This document shows positions 19,905 through 29,434 of a DNA stretch of 64,000 nucleotides, in pieces. The stretch covers positions 4,581 to 68,580 of the forward strand of contig JAFIEY010000155.1 of NCBI GenBank assembly GCA_020832345.1, in the 5' to 3' direction. Under the pieces are notes generated by a model, which saw only the letters and a list, made by a program, of their open reading frames with translations, ran no database searches and was not told the origin of the DNA. Origin of the DNA: Cryomorphaceae bacterium (GTDB lineage Bacteria; Bacteroidota; Bacteroidia; Flavobacteriales; Schleiferiaceae). The first letter of the stretch is position 1; every line of letters begins with the position of its first letter. A program made the translations under genes and the position numbers.

Positions 19905-21914
19905 TTACAATCGATTACCGCCTTGCAGGGTTTCTAATGCCGCATCTCCATCCGATAAAGGCAATTTACACACCTTTCCTTCACAGATAAAATGCCGGAT
20001 TGAATTTGCAAATCGGCCTTGAAAAAGATCGTGGTGCAAATCCGCATTTAAAACAAATAAATCGGTAAAAAAGTCGTGGAAATTCACGCTATACTTTACT
20101 AGTTCCGACTGACTTTCGATACCGCTAATGACCCATTCGCGGTCATTATTGCGAAGCGTACGAAGATAAAGTTGACCCCATAAATAAAAACCCGACTTAA
20201 CCTCAATGGTCATTTGGGAAGCGGCAATCACCATGTTTTGCCAATGCGAATCCCAATCAGGTCGATGGTGTATTTGTGTTGCCTTTCGCAAGACCTCCGC
20301 CATGATGGCATTTGGCGATGGAATCACATTGTCTTCCAAATCCTTTGTTCGCATCAAAACTTCTTCCTCCTCAGTTGAGGTGGTTTGAAAAAACGGACCA
20401 TCTTCTTCAGAAAAATAACGGAAAACCATTTCAATTAAATCGGTGGTCTTTTGGTAATAATCTGCATCACCCGTTACTTGAAACAGACTTAACAAACCTT
20501 GACACAAAGCGGCATAATCCTCCAACATGGCCGGTATATACGCCTTTTCATTGGCAAAAATTCGGTACAGTTTGCCATCCACAAAAAGTTTTTCAAAAAT
20601 GGCCTTTTCCAGAGATTTTGCACCATTCAAATACAGGTCATTTCCGGTGGCCAAATACGCATCCACCAAGCCGGTGAGCAACAATCCATTCCAGGCGGTA
20701 ATCACCTTATTATCGATGGCTGGAGATATTCGATCGTTTCGCACTTTCAGGAGCTTTTGCCGTCCTTGCTCAAGTCTATCTTCACATTCCGCCAGACTAA
20801 TATTCAACCTTATAGCAGTTTCTTTATTTGACAACTTTCTGAAAATAATAAAATTTCCTTCCCAAGGTTGTTCTAGGTCAAAAGCTGTTTCCCAAATCGA
20901 ATAATCCGCTCCGAGAATTTTTTGCAATTCGTCTTTTTGCCAAACATAATATTTTCCTTCAACGCCTTCAGAATCGGCATCAATTGCAGATTGGTAAAGT
21001 CCATTGGGTGTGCGAAAAACCGTTTGAAGAAAATCAAAGATTCCCGAAATTACGGACAGGTATAAATCATCTTGGCGGCGTCGGTGAGCTATGGAATACG
21101 CAGTGAGCAATTGCGCATTATCGTAAAGCATTTTCTCAAAATGCGGCACTTTCCATTGTCCATCAACCGAATAGCGGCAAAAACCACCACCAACAAAATC
21201 GTAAATACCGCCGCAGGCCATTTTGGTCAGGGTAAAATGTATGTGATCTTCCAGTGGTTTTAAATCATAATAATCCGCGGCTTGCAGGTAAAAAAGTTGT
21301 TCGTACGGCATGGGAAACTTGGGCTGTCGGTTGTGTCCGCCCCATAGCGTATCCCGCATTTTTTCCACGCGTTGCAATCGATCTTTCAACCAATCATCAT
21401 TGGGTAATTGATCGTTTTTTTGAACAACAAGCTCTGAAGTTCGCAAGCCCTCTTCCAATTGATCTGCGTAAGCACGCACCTTTTCGGGATTTTCGCGATA
21501 GAGTTTTTGAATTTGTAACAGTGCAGAAGTCCAGTTTTCTTTAGGAAAATAGGTGCCTCCCCAAATGGGTCTTTTGTCGGGGGTGCAAACCACATTTAAC
21601 GGCCACCCACCTTGTCCGGCCATCAGCTGAACCGCAGTCATATAAACGGAGTCAATATCCGGGCGTTCTTCACGATCAACTTTGATGCTCAAATAATGGG
21701 CATTCATTACATCAGCTACTTCTTGATTTTCAAAACTCTCTCGTTCCATCACATGACACCAGTGGCAACTCGAATACCCGATGCTAACAATGACCAGTTT
21801 GTTTAGTCGGGTAGCTTCCTCCCAAACTTTTGCCGACCAGGGAAACCAATTGACCGGATTGTTTTGGTGCTGTTGAAGGTATAAACTTGAGGTGTGTTGT
21901 AAAGCATTGGGCAT
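19905..21914 (-). CDS. Thioredoxin-domain protein of the DUF255/YyaL type (thioredoxin fold plus six-hairpin glycosidase-like domain)
   Basis: NPVNWFPWSAKVWEEA...SIGYSSCHWCHVMERESFEN...IKVDREERPDID. I prefer ATG 21914 (MPNALQH) to the track start at 21983. Confidence 0.85.
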   Translation of the reverse strand: MPNALQHTSSLYLQQHQNNPVNWFPWSAKVWEEATRLNKLVIVSIGYSSCHWCHVMERESFENQEVADVMNAHYLSIKVDREERPDIDSVYMTAVQLMAGQGGWPLNVVCTPDKRPIWGGTYFPKENWTSALLQIQKLYRENPEKVRAYADQLEEGLRTSELVVQKNDQLPNDDWLKDRLQRVEKMRDTLWGGHNRQPKFPMPYEQLFYLQAADYYDLKPLEDHIHFTLTKMACGGIYDFVGGGFCRYSVDGQWKVPHFEKMLYDNAQLLTAYSIAHRRRQDDLYLSVISGIFDFLQTVFRTPNGLYQSAIDADSEGVEGKYYVWQKDELQKILGADYSIWETAFDLEQPWEGNFIIFRKLSNKETAIRLNISLAECEDRLEQGRQKLLKVRNDRISPAIDNKVITAWNGLLLTGLVDAYLATGNDLYLNGAKSLEKAIFEKLFVDGKLYRIFANEKAYIPAMLEDYAALCQGLLSLFQVTGDADYYQKTTDLIEMVFRYFSEEDGPFFQTTSTEEEEVLMRTKDLEDNVIPSPNAIMAEVLRKATQIHHRPDWDSHWQNMVIAASQMTIEVKSGFYLWGQLYLRTLRNNDREWVISGIESQSELVKYSVNFHDFFTDLFVLNADLHHDLFQGRFANSIRHFICEGKVCKLPLSDGDAALETLQGGNRL

Positions 21915-22022
21915 AATATCGTTTTTGATAAACAAATGTACGGTGGGAAAATGGTGTTTTGTGTCGAATTGGACCCCATTCATTTTACGCTTCTATGGTA
22001 ATATCATTATTTAATACAACCC

Positions 22023-22166
22023 TGAGTCTTCTCAAAAAAGTCCCTTTCTGCCAAAATCTTCCTTGTCTATAGACTTTTGAATCGTCACTAACAGCTGATT
22101 AGCTCCGGTTCAAAAATCCCGTCCGCGTCGATTTTAATTGAAATCATCCTTTTTAGAGTGGACTCA
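22023..22166 (+). mobile_element. Family-1 element, full-length form B (extra apical mini-hairpin)
   Basis: Both termini are present and the centre carries CTAACAGCTGATTAG. Exact flanking duplication accc at 22019-22022 and 22167-22170. Confidence 0.85.
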
Positions 22167-22241
22167 ACCCTTAAAAGAAAATGTTTTATATTTGCTGATA
22201 ATTACGTTTATCCTTGGATATCCACAGTTTAAAAAAACACT

Positions 22242-22814
22242 ATGAAAATGCGCTTACCACTTTTAATGTTCGTCGCGCTATTTTTTTTCGCCTTTGAATG
22301 CGAGCGTGAAAGACCCGAATTTGAATTACCCCTCATCACCCAAAGCGGGGAAAATACCCTTGGGGCAATTGTGGATGGAGAAATATGGATACCCTTTAGA
22401 AAAGGTATGGGTGGTTTAATGGGTAGTCCGCCTCTTTACAGCGCCTACCTCCGGAAAAATGAAGATAGTACAAATTATGACTTAAATATACACGCCAGTC
22501 AGTTTCGTCCAGACGACACAACCCATAAGTCAACAATAGAAATAAGGGCGACCATTCCTTCCATTGCAAATTTTTCCGACACCATTTATTTGATAACAGA
22601 AAATTCCGGGCATTATAGCATTCGCCCAACATTGGATGATCCCCTTCAAAATTTTCGAACCCTTACCAGCGGTTCCAAGCAAACCAATTGGTTACACATC
22701 CATCATTTAGATACCATTGAGCAAATCGTTGCCGGCACCTTTTTCTTTGACGCGGTAAACGAACAAAGAACGGTTGAACTGAGGGATGGTCGGTTTGATT
22801 TTAGATATGAATAA
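22242..22814 (+). CDS. Hypothetical secreted or lipoprotein, paralog 1 of a tandem pair
   Basis: 190 aa with a hydrophobic N-terminus. It shares WLH(I/F)H..DTIE.I..GTF.FD......L(R)(D/E)GRFD..YE with the next gene. Confidence 0.6.
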   Translation: MKMRLPLLMFVALFFFAFECERERPEFELPLITQSGENTLGAIVDGEIWIPFRKGMGGLMGSPPLYSAYLRKNEDSTNYDLNIHASQFRPDDTTHKSTIEIRATIPSIANFSDTIYLITENSGHYSIRPTLDDPLQNFRTLTSGSKQTNWLHIHHLDTIEQIVAGTFFFDAVNEQRTVELRDGRFDFRYE

Positions 22815-22871
22815 TGAGTCTGCTTTAAAAAGACCCTTTCTGCCAAAATCATCCTTTTTGGAGAGGACTCA
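22815..22871 (+). mobile_element. Family-1 element, 57-bp short form
   Basis: The left and right arms are fused at GCCAAAATC|ATCC. Exact flanking duplication ataa at 22811-22814 and 22872-22875. The left copy contains the TAA stop of the upstream gene. Confidence 0.85.
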
Positions 22872-22916
22872 ATAATGATGGTCTTTTGATTTTTCAATTA
22901 ACCAAATTTTTCTAAT

Positions 22917-23498
22917 ATGAACAACACACAGATCCGACTATGCATCATTTTTTTAGCGACCCTTTTTGTTTGCGCCGAATGTTTTAAAAAGCCACTGGTT
23001 GTATTTACCATGCCCCCCATTACAGATGATGGTGCGCATACCATGGCTATGAAAGTCAACGGGGACGTATGGTTGCCCTACCCCGCAAAGGAAAGATCTT
23101 GGGGCGGCACACCCTTTCAGGGTGCAAATCTGGTAGAATCCCCTAATAGTGACTGGATGGAATTAACCATAGATGGTCGTCAAGATTTTAGAAATGTACG
23201 AGATCCACCTCAAAACTCAAGATTGATAATCACCATAGATCTTCATGAAATTCCTGCGTTCAAAGACACCTTCTATTTTGAAATTGGGGGGTCAATTTCC
23301 GCTACGTTCAATTATGAGGAAAAATTTCATCGCTCAAATTCCAATGATGAAAAAAAGAGCTGGTTGCACTTTCATCGTTTCGATACCATTGAAAATATCA
23401 TCTCAGGTACTTTTCGATTTGACGTCACTGCCAAAGGCGATGTTTTAAAATTACGGGAAGGGCGGTTTGATTTGGTTTACGAAGAAAGGGATCGGTGA
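22917..23498 (+). CDS. Hypothetical secreted or lipoprotein, paralog 2 of a tandem pair
   Basis: 193 aa, with the same architecture and C-terminal motif as 22242-22814 (WLHFHRFDTIENIISGTFRFD...LREGRFDLVYE). Confidence 0.6.
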   Translation: MNNTQIRLCIIFLATLFVCAECFKKPLVVFTMPPITDDGAHTMAMKVNGDVWLPYPAKERSWGGTPFQGANLVESPNSDWMELTIDGRQDFRNVRDPPQNSRLIITIDLHEIPAFKDTFYFEIGGSISATFNYEEKFHRSNSNDEKKSWLHFHRFDTIENIISGTFRFDVTAKGDVLKLREGRFDLVYEERDR

Positions 23499-23555
23499 GC
23501 GGATAGAACTGGGATTCTAAAAGGGGGGCTTTGGTTTTCTATTGCTTTACCATTA

Positions 23556-23680
23556 TGTCTGCTCCAAAAAGTCCCTTTCTGCCAAAATCTTCCTTTTCGG
23601 TAGATTTTTGAATCCTCACTTGCTCTGGTTCAAAAACCCCCTCGATTTTGATTGAAATCATCCTTTTTAGAGTGGACTCA
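23556..23680 (+). mobile_element. Family-1 element, form A
   Basis: The left terminus is TGTCTGCTCC, which lacks the AG of the consensus. Exact 6-bp flanking duplication ccatta at 23550-23555 and 23681-23686. Confidence 0.85.
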
Positions 23681-23690
23681 CCATTAAAAA

Positions 23691-25712
23691 TCACGCCCCC
23701 TTCATCGCCTGATCAATGAGTCCTTCATCCGCCATATTGGGCAAAGTAACCCGCAATCCGGGCGTACGCTCCATTTCGCGTTTGATGGCAAAAATGGCTT
23801 CCTTATTTCGGGCCCAGCTTCGTCGCGCTATTCCGTTGTTTACATCGAAGAAAAGCATGCGCTCTAAACGTATATCTGCTTCCGGACTGCCATCGAGCAG
23901 CATGCCAAACCCGCCGTTGATAACTTCTCCCCAGCCAACACCGCCGCCGTTGTGAATACTCACCCAAGTAGCGCCGCGAAACCCATCACCAATTACATTG
24001 TGAATGGCCATATCGGCTGTGAATTTAGAACCGTCGTAGATATTGGAGGTCTCGCGAAACGGTGAATCTGTTCCACTCACGTCGTGGTGATCGCGTCCCA
24101 ACACCACCGGCCCAATTTTACCTTCTGAAATGGCGCGATTAAATGCACGGGCTATTTCTATCCTACCCTGACTATCTGCATACAGGATTCTCGCCTGTGA
24201 GCCAACAACCAATTTGTTTTCTTCGGCAGCTTCGATCCATTGAATATTGTCTTTCATTTGCTGCCGAATTTCCTCCGGTGCATTTGCCGCCATCTCCCGC
24301 AGCACTTTTGCCGCGATGGCATCGGTCATCCTTAAATCATCGGGCTTACCGGAAGTACAAACCCAGCGGAAGGGGCCAAACCCATAATCGAAACACATGG
24401 GTCCCAAAATATCTTGAACATACGACGGATAACGAAAATCTATGTTGTTTTCGGCCATCACATCAGCGCCGGCACGCGAAGCTTCGAGCAGAAAGGCATT
24501 TCCATAATCGAAAAAATAGGTGCCCTTGGCCGTATGCGCATTAACAGCTTTGGCATGACGACGAAGCGTGGTTTGCACAGCTTTCCGAAACGCCTCCGGA
24601 TCTTCCGCCATCAATTTGTTCGATGCTTCAAATGACAATCCGACCGGATAATATCCACCTGCCCAAGGGTTGTGCAACGAAGTTTGGTCTGAACCAAGAT
24701 CGATAAAAATTCCTTCGGCATCAAATCGCTCCCATACGTCCACCACATTTCCGATAAATGCGAAACTCGTATTTGATTTAGCTTCCAGCGATTTTCTTAC
24801 CTCCACCACCAGCTCATCCAAATTATCAATTAGGCGATCTACCCAACCCTGCTCAAATCGCGTATTGGCCGCTTTGGGGTTTACCTCGGCCGTGACCGAA
24901 ACACATCCGGCAATTTTGGCAGCCTTGGGTTGCGCCCCACTCATTCCACCCAATCCGGCAGTGACAAATAATTTACCTGCAAGTCCTTCTCCAGCTTTAC
25001 TAATTTTTCTTCCGGCATTCATCACGGTGATGGTGGTGCCGTGAACGATGCCCTGTGGCCCGATATACATAAACGAACCGGCCGTCATTTGGCCGTATTG
25101 GGTAACTCCGATAGCATTATATCGTTCCCAGTCGTCCGGTTTTGAGTAATTGGGGATCATCATGCCGTTTGACACCACAACCCTAGGCGCATCCGGTGAG
25201 GAAGGAAACAATCCCATTGGGTGCCCGGAGTAAATATGCAGCGTTTGGTCATCTGTCATGGTGGCGAGATACTGCATGGTAAGGAGATATTGTGCCCAGT
25301 TTTGGAACACCGCACCATTCCCGCCATACGTGATAAGTTCGTGGGGATGTTGCGCCACCCTCGGGTCCAAATTGTTCTGAATCATCAACATGATGGAAGC
25401 TGCCTGCCGGGATTTATACGGATAATCGTCAATACCTCTGGCGTACATGGGATATTTAGGCCGCAATCGAAACATATAAATACGTCCGTATTCTTTCAAT
25501 TCTTTGGCAAACTCTGGAGCAAGAGTTTTTTGTTGTTCGGGCGTAAAATAGCGAAGCGCATTTCTCAAAGCGAGTTTCTTTTCTTCTGCCGTGAGTATAT
25601 CTTTTCGTTTGGGTGCGTGATTAGCCCCTAAATCATACGGCTGATATTTGGGAAGTTCAACTGGGATTCCCATTAAAATTTCGTCTTTAAAAGAAAGGCT
25701 CTTATTTGGCAT
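23691..25712 (-). CDS. hutU: Urocanate hydratase
   Basis: About 673 aa with GGMSGAQPKAAKIAG, GPQGIVHGT and LGRDHHD regions typical of urocanase. I prefer ATG 25712 (MPNKSLSF) to the GTG at 25736. Confidence 0.9.
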   Translation of the reverse strand: MPNKSLSFKDEILMGIPVELPKYQPYDLGANHAPKRKDILTAEEKKLALRNALRYFTPEQQKTLAPEFAKELKEYGRIYMFRLRPKYPMYARGIDDYPYKSRQAASIMLMIQNNLDPRVAQHPHELITYGGNGAVFQNWAQYLLTMQYLATMTDDQTLHIYSGHPMGLFPSSPDAPRVVVSNGMMIPNYSKPDDWERYNAIGVTQYGQMTAGSFMYIGPQGIVHGTTITVMNAGRKISKAGEGLAGKLFVTAGLGGMSGAQPKAAKIAGCVSVTAEVNPKAANTRFEQGWVDRLIDNLDELVVEVRKSLEAKSNTSFAFIGNVVDVWERFDAEGIFIDLGSDQTSLHNPWAGGYYPVGLSFEASNKLMAEDPEAFRKAVQTTLRRHAKAVNAHTAKGTYFFDYGNAFLLEASRAGADVMAENNIDFRYPSYVQDILGPMCFDYGFGPFRWVCTSGKPDDLRMTDAIAAKVLREMAANAPEEIRQQMKDNIQWIEAAEENKLVVGSQARILYADSQGRIEIARAFNRAISEGKIGPVVLGRDHHDVSGTDSPFRETSNIYDGSKFTADMAIHNVIGDGFRGATWVSIHNGGGVGWGEVINGGFGMLLDGSPEADIRLERMLFFDVNNGIARRSWARNKEAIFAIKREMERTPGLRVTLPNMADEGLIDQAMKGA

Positions 25713-26046
25713 ATCTACAGTTTTAATTATTAACACAAAAAGTAATGTTTTGGTTTAAGTAGTGTCTGTGTATAAAGGTCCGATACCAGCGTTATGCCTG
25801 CCCTTACCGAAGGTTTTAGGGCTCGGTTGAAAAAAAGGTCATTTACTTAAACACCTCCACTATGATCTTGTTCTCGCCAAGGTTTTGAAAGTAATTGGTT
25901 TTTTTCAGGCTCTATATAAAAGTATTAAACCATTTCTATCAACATACTTTCACATTCTACATTTCCTCGTCTGTACTGTGTTTCCATAAAAAATGCTTTC
26001 GGTAAAACACCTAACAAAAGTAAATTGGAAAGCTTATCCCCAAAAC

Positions 26047-26073
26047 AAAAAAACCCATCGGCTCACCGATGGG
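26047..26073 (-). terminator. Rho-independent terminator downstream of tRNA-Gly
   Basis: 8-bp stem cccatcgg/ccgatggg with a 4-nt loop, followed on the minus strand by a run of 7 T (plus-strand A run 26047-26053). Confidence 0.7.
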
Positions 26074-26081
26074 TTAATAAG

Positions 26082-26157
<76 letters not shown>

Positions 26158-26287
26158 ATTTTGCGGGTGCAAATATAAAACGACCTTTCAAACCCTACAA
26201 CAATTTTTTTTTCGTTTTCCGCATAATTTTAAAGGGGAATTTCATCTTTCCCGTAGCTGGATAAAATATATTGGCCACAACAATTGT

Positions 26288-26426
26288 TGAGTCTGCTCAA
26301 AAAAGTCCCTTTCTGCCAAAATCTTCCTTGTCGGTAGATTTTTGAATCCTCACTAACGGATGGTTAGCTCTGATTTAAAAATCTCCTCGATTTTGATTGA
26401 AATCATCCTTTTAGGAGTGGACTCAC
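26288..26426 (+). mobile_element. Family-1 element, full-length form B
   Basis: Both termini are present and the centre carries CTAACGGATGGTTAG. The flanks match at only 3 of 4 positions (ttgt / ctgt). Confidence 0.85.
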
Positions 26427-26608
26427 TGTTTATTAAACGATAAATCTATTGGCCGCACATTTTATTTATTATTTGGTCTCCAAAAATCCACAATAGCTTG
26501 TATTTTTGCCGACCCTTTTGTTGAAAAATAAACCTACAAAATGAACGTCTATTCAACTATATGGCGCGGTTGTTGGTTTGGGAAGCACAAATTTAAAACG
26601 ACCCGGTT

Positions 26609-27334
26609 TTGTCAAAATGCTTAGTTGTCATACCAACCTATAATGAAAAGGATAACATCCAGTCAATTTTGGATGCTATTATGTCTCAAGAAACACCTTT
26701 TCACGTTTTGGTTGTTGATGACAATTCGCCCGACGGAACATCCGATTTGGTAAAGGAATCGGCCGTTAAGTTTCCCGGTAGAATTCACCTCGAACAACGC
26801 ATGGAAAAAGCGGGATTGGGTACGGCGTATTTACACGGATTCAGATGGGCTCTTGACCGGGATTACCAATACATCTTTGAAATGGACGCCGATTTCTCTC
26901 ACGACCCCAATGATTTGGAGCGTTTGCTGGAACCCATCATCAACGATGAAGCTGATCTAACCATCGGATCCCGGTATATTAAAGGGGTTAATGTGGTAAA
27001 CTGGCCCATGAGTCGGGTCATCCTCTCCTACTTTGCCTCGCGTTATGTCCGGTTTATTTTGGGCATTCCGGTGGAGGACACCACTGCTGGATTTAAATGT
27101 TACCGACGAGCAGTATTGGAACGCATCAATTTCTCCAGAATAAAGTTTGTGGGTTATGCGTTTCAAATTGAGATGAAATTTACCGCTTGGAAATTGGGGT
27201 ACCGTGTGAAAGAGATTCCGGTTATCTTTACCGACCGCACAGCAGGAGAATCTAAAATGTCGAGCGGAATCATCAAAGAAGCCGTTTGGGGCGTCATCCT
27301 GCTCAAATGGCGATCCATTTGGAAAAAACCATAG
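26609..27334 (+). CDS. GT2-family polyprenol/dolichol-phosphate mannosyltransferase-like glycosyltransferase
   Basis: 241 aa with a TTG start. LVVIPTYNEKDNI...VVDDNSPDGT...MDADFSHDP (DxD region). Confidence 0.85.
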   Translation: MSKCLVVIPTYNEKDNIQSILDAIMSQETPFHVLVVDDNSPDGTSDLVKESAVKFPGRIHLEQRMEKAGLGTAYLHGFRWALDRDYQYIFEMDADFSHDPNDLERLLEPIINDEADLTIGSRYIKGVNVVNWPMSRVILSYFASRYVRFILGIPVEDTTAGFKCYRRAVLERINFSRIKFVGYAFQIEMKFTAWKLGYRVKEIPVIFTDRTAGESKMSSGIIKEAVWGVILLKWRSIWKKP

Positions 27335-27361
27335 ATTTAAAAAAACACGAAGATTGTCAAT

Positions 27362-28714
27362 ATGCAGAAAGAAATAAAAACACAACTACTCATCAAAAAC
27401 GCCAAGGTTGTCAACGAAGGAAGTGTTTCCGAATTTGACGTCCTAATTACCAACGATAGAATTGAACGTATAGACAGTAGCATTAGTGCGCCCAATGGCA
27501 ATTGTAAAATCATAGATGCAAACGGGAAATATCTGCTGCCCGGCATCATCGACGATCAGGTTCACTTCAGAGAACCCGGTCTTACCCATAAAGGCGATAT
27601 TGCTTCCGAATCTGCTGCTGCCGTGGCCGGTGGAGTTACCTCCTACATTGAACAACCCAACACCATTCCCCAGGCAACCACCGTAGAAAAGGTTGTAGAA
27701 AAGTACCAATTGGCGAGTGGGAAATCTTTTGCCAATTACGGATTTAACCTAGGTGCCACTAACGACAACATCGATGAAATCCTCAAGGCCGCGGATTCAC
27801 CCGCCGCCGGTGTAAAAGTGTTTATGGGATCCAGTACAGGAAACATGCTGGTAGATGACCGCAAAGCCCTGGAGAAATTATTCTCTGAAAGTCCGCTTTT
27901 GGTCATCACACATTGTGAAGACGAAAGTGTAATTCGTGCCAACACGGAAAAACACAAAGCCTTAAAAGAGGATCCACAAGCCGGTTGGCATCCAAAAATA
28001 CGCAGTGCCGAAGCCTGTATCAACTCCTCTTCGCTGGCCATGGAACTCGCAAAAACGTTTAATACCCGTCTTCACATTTACCATATTTCTACGGCAAAAG
28101 AGGCTTTAAAGTTTTCCAACAAATTACCGCTAGCAGAAAAGCGAATTACCGCTGAAGCCTGTATCCACCACCTGTGGTTTTCAGATGAAGATTATGCCGA
28201 AAAAGGGAATTTCATCAAGTGGAATCCGGCCGTAAAAACTGCGGCTGACCGCGACGGAATTTGGAAAGCCCTTTTGGCCGACAGAATTGACATCATTGCC
28301 ACCGACCACGCACCTCACACTTTTGAGGAAAAGTCAAAACCCTTTTGGGATGCACCCTCGGGGGGGCCACTGGTTCAACACGCCCTACCCGCCATGATGG
28401 AGTATTTTCACAAGGGAATTATTTCTATCGAACGTATCGTTGAGAAAATGTGTCACAATCCGGCCATTTTGTTCCGAATAGAAAACCGAGGATTTATCCG
28501 TGAGGGCTACTACGCCGATTTATTGCTCATGCATCCCTCCACCCCATGGACGGTGAACAAAGAGAATATTCTATACAAATGCGGTTGGTCTCCTTTTGAG
28601 GGAACATTGTTTAAAGCCAAAATCACACACACCATTGTCAACGGAAAAATTGCCTTTGAAAATGGAAAAGTAAACCCCCAAGCCCATGGTCTTGCGCTGG
28701 ATTTTTATCGTTAG
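27362..28714 (+). CDS. pyrC: Dihydroorotase-like amidohydrolase
   Basis: 450 aa. LLPGIIDDQVHFREPGLTHKGD...GGVTSY...ATDHAPH is the cyclic-amidohydrolase layout. The first residue of the HxH motif is Gln here. Confidence 0.7.
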   Translation: MQKEIKTQLLIKNAKVVNEGSVSEFDVLITNDRIERIDSSISAPNGNCKIIDANGKYLLPGIIDDQVHFREPGLTHKGDIASESAAAVAGGVTSYIEQPNTIPQATTVEKVVEKYQLASGKSFANYGFNLGATNDNIDEILKAADSPAAGVKVFMGSSTGNMLVDDRKALEKLFSESPLLVITHCEDESVIRANTEKHKALKEDPQAGWHPKIRSAEACINSSSLAMELAKTFNTRLHIYHISTAKEALKFSNKLPLAEKRITAEACIHHLWFSDEDYAEKGNFIKWNPAVKTAADRDGIWKALLADRIDIIATDHAPHTFEEKSKPFWDAPSGGPLVQHALPAMMEYFHKGIISIERIVEKMCHNPAILFRIENRGFIREGYYADLLLMHPSTPWTVNKENILYKCGWSPFEGTLFKAKITHTIVNGKIAFENGKVNPQAHGLALDFYR

Positions 28715-29093
28715 CAGTTGCCTGTTTTTAGGCAGTTGCAAAGTTCCACCCATTGAACCCCCGGAAACGGTTCTCGACGAGGACGCTATGGTGCGCATAC
28801 TCGAGGATATGTATTTGGCGGAAGGGGGTCGGGTAGGCGGCAACCGAATGTTCGACGATTTACTCATTGGCGACTATTACGATATGATTTTTGAAAAGCA
28901 CCAAATCGATTCTGTATATTTTTCCCAAACCATGGATTTCTATAATATCAACCCGGAATTGATGCTAAAAATTCACGACCGGGTCATTCGCCGCCTTATG
29001 GAGCGGGATGCTGCTATGGAGGCCATCAAAAAGGAAATTTCGGATAGCATCATTAGGCAAGATAGTGCAACCCATACGGTATTACCCATCTAG
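28686..29093 (+). CDS. DUF4296-like lipoprotein
   Basis: 135 aa with the lipobox LFLGSC, and DEDAMVRILEDMYLAEGG typical of this Bacteroidota family. It overlaps the 3' end of the pyrC-like gene by 29 nt. Confidence 0.6.
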   Translation: MVLRWIFIVSSCLFLGSCKVPPIEPPETVLDEDAMVRILEDMYLAEGGRVGGNRMFDDLLIGDYYDMIFEKHQIDSVYFSQTMDFYNINPELMLKIHDRVIRRLMERDAAMEAIKKEISDSIIRQDSATHTVLPI

Positions 29094-29105
29094 CCATTGC
29101 AAGAA

Positions 29106-29190
29106 TGAGTCTGCTCTAAAAAGTCCCTTTCTGCAAAAATCCCCACTGCGTCGATTTTGATTGAATTCATCCTTTTTGGAGTGGACTCTA
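29106..29190 (+). mobile_element. Family-1 element, internally deleted (85 bp)
   Basis: Both termini are present, the right one decayed to GGACTCTA. The junction is CTGCAAAAATC|CCCACTGCGTCG. Confidence 0.8.
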
Positions 29191-29434
29191 TCAAAGATTT
29201 TTCTTGGGTGTTTTAAGGACAGCACTGGACAAAAATGGTTCTCATTCCATTAACTAATACCATTTTAAAAAAAGCACCAAATCCTAAATTAAAATAACTT
29301 AATTTTGGGGATTATATCGGTTAAGATATTTGGGATTTTTTGAAGCATTTGCAAATTTAAGCACATATAGTGTTTGGCGTGCTTCCAATCCGAAATTTCA
29401 ATTGCCGAAAAAGACAATTATATTGACTGAAAAC

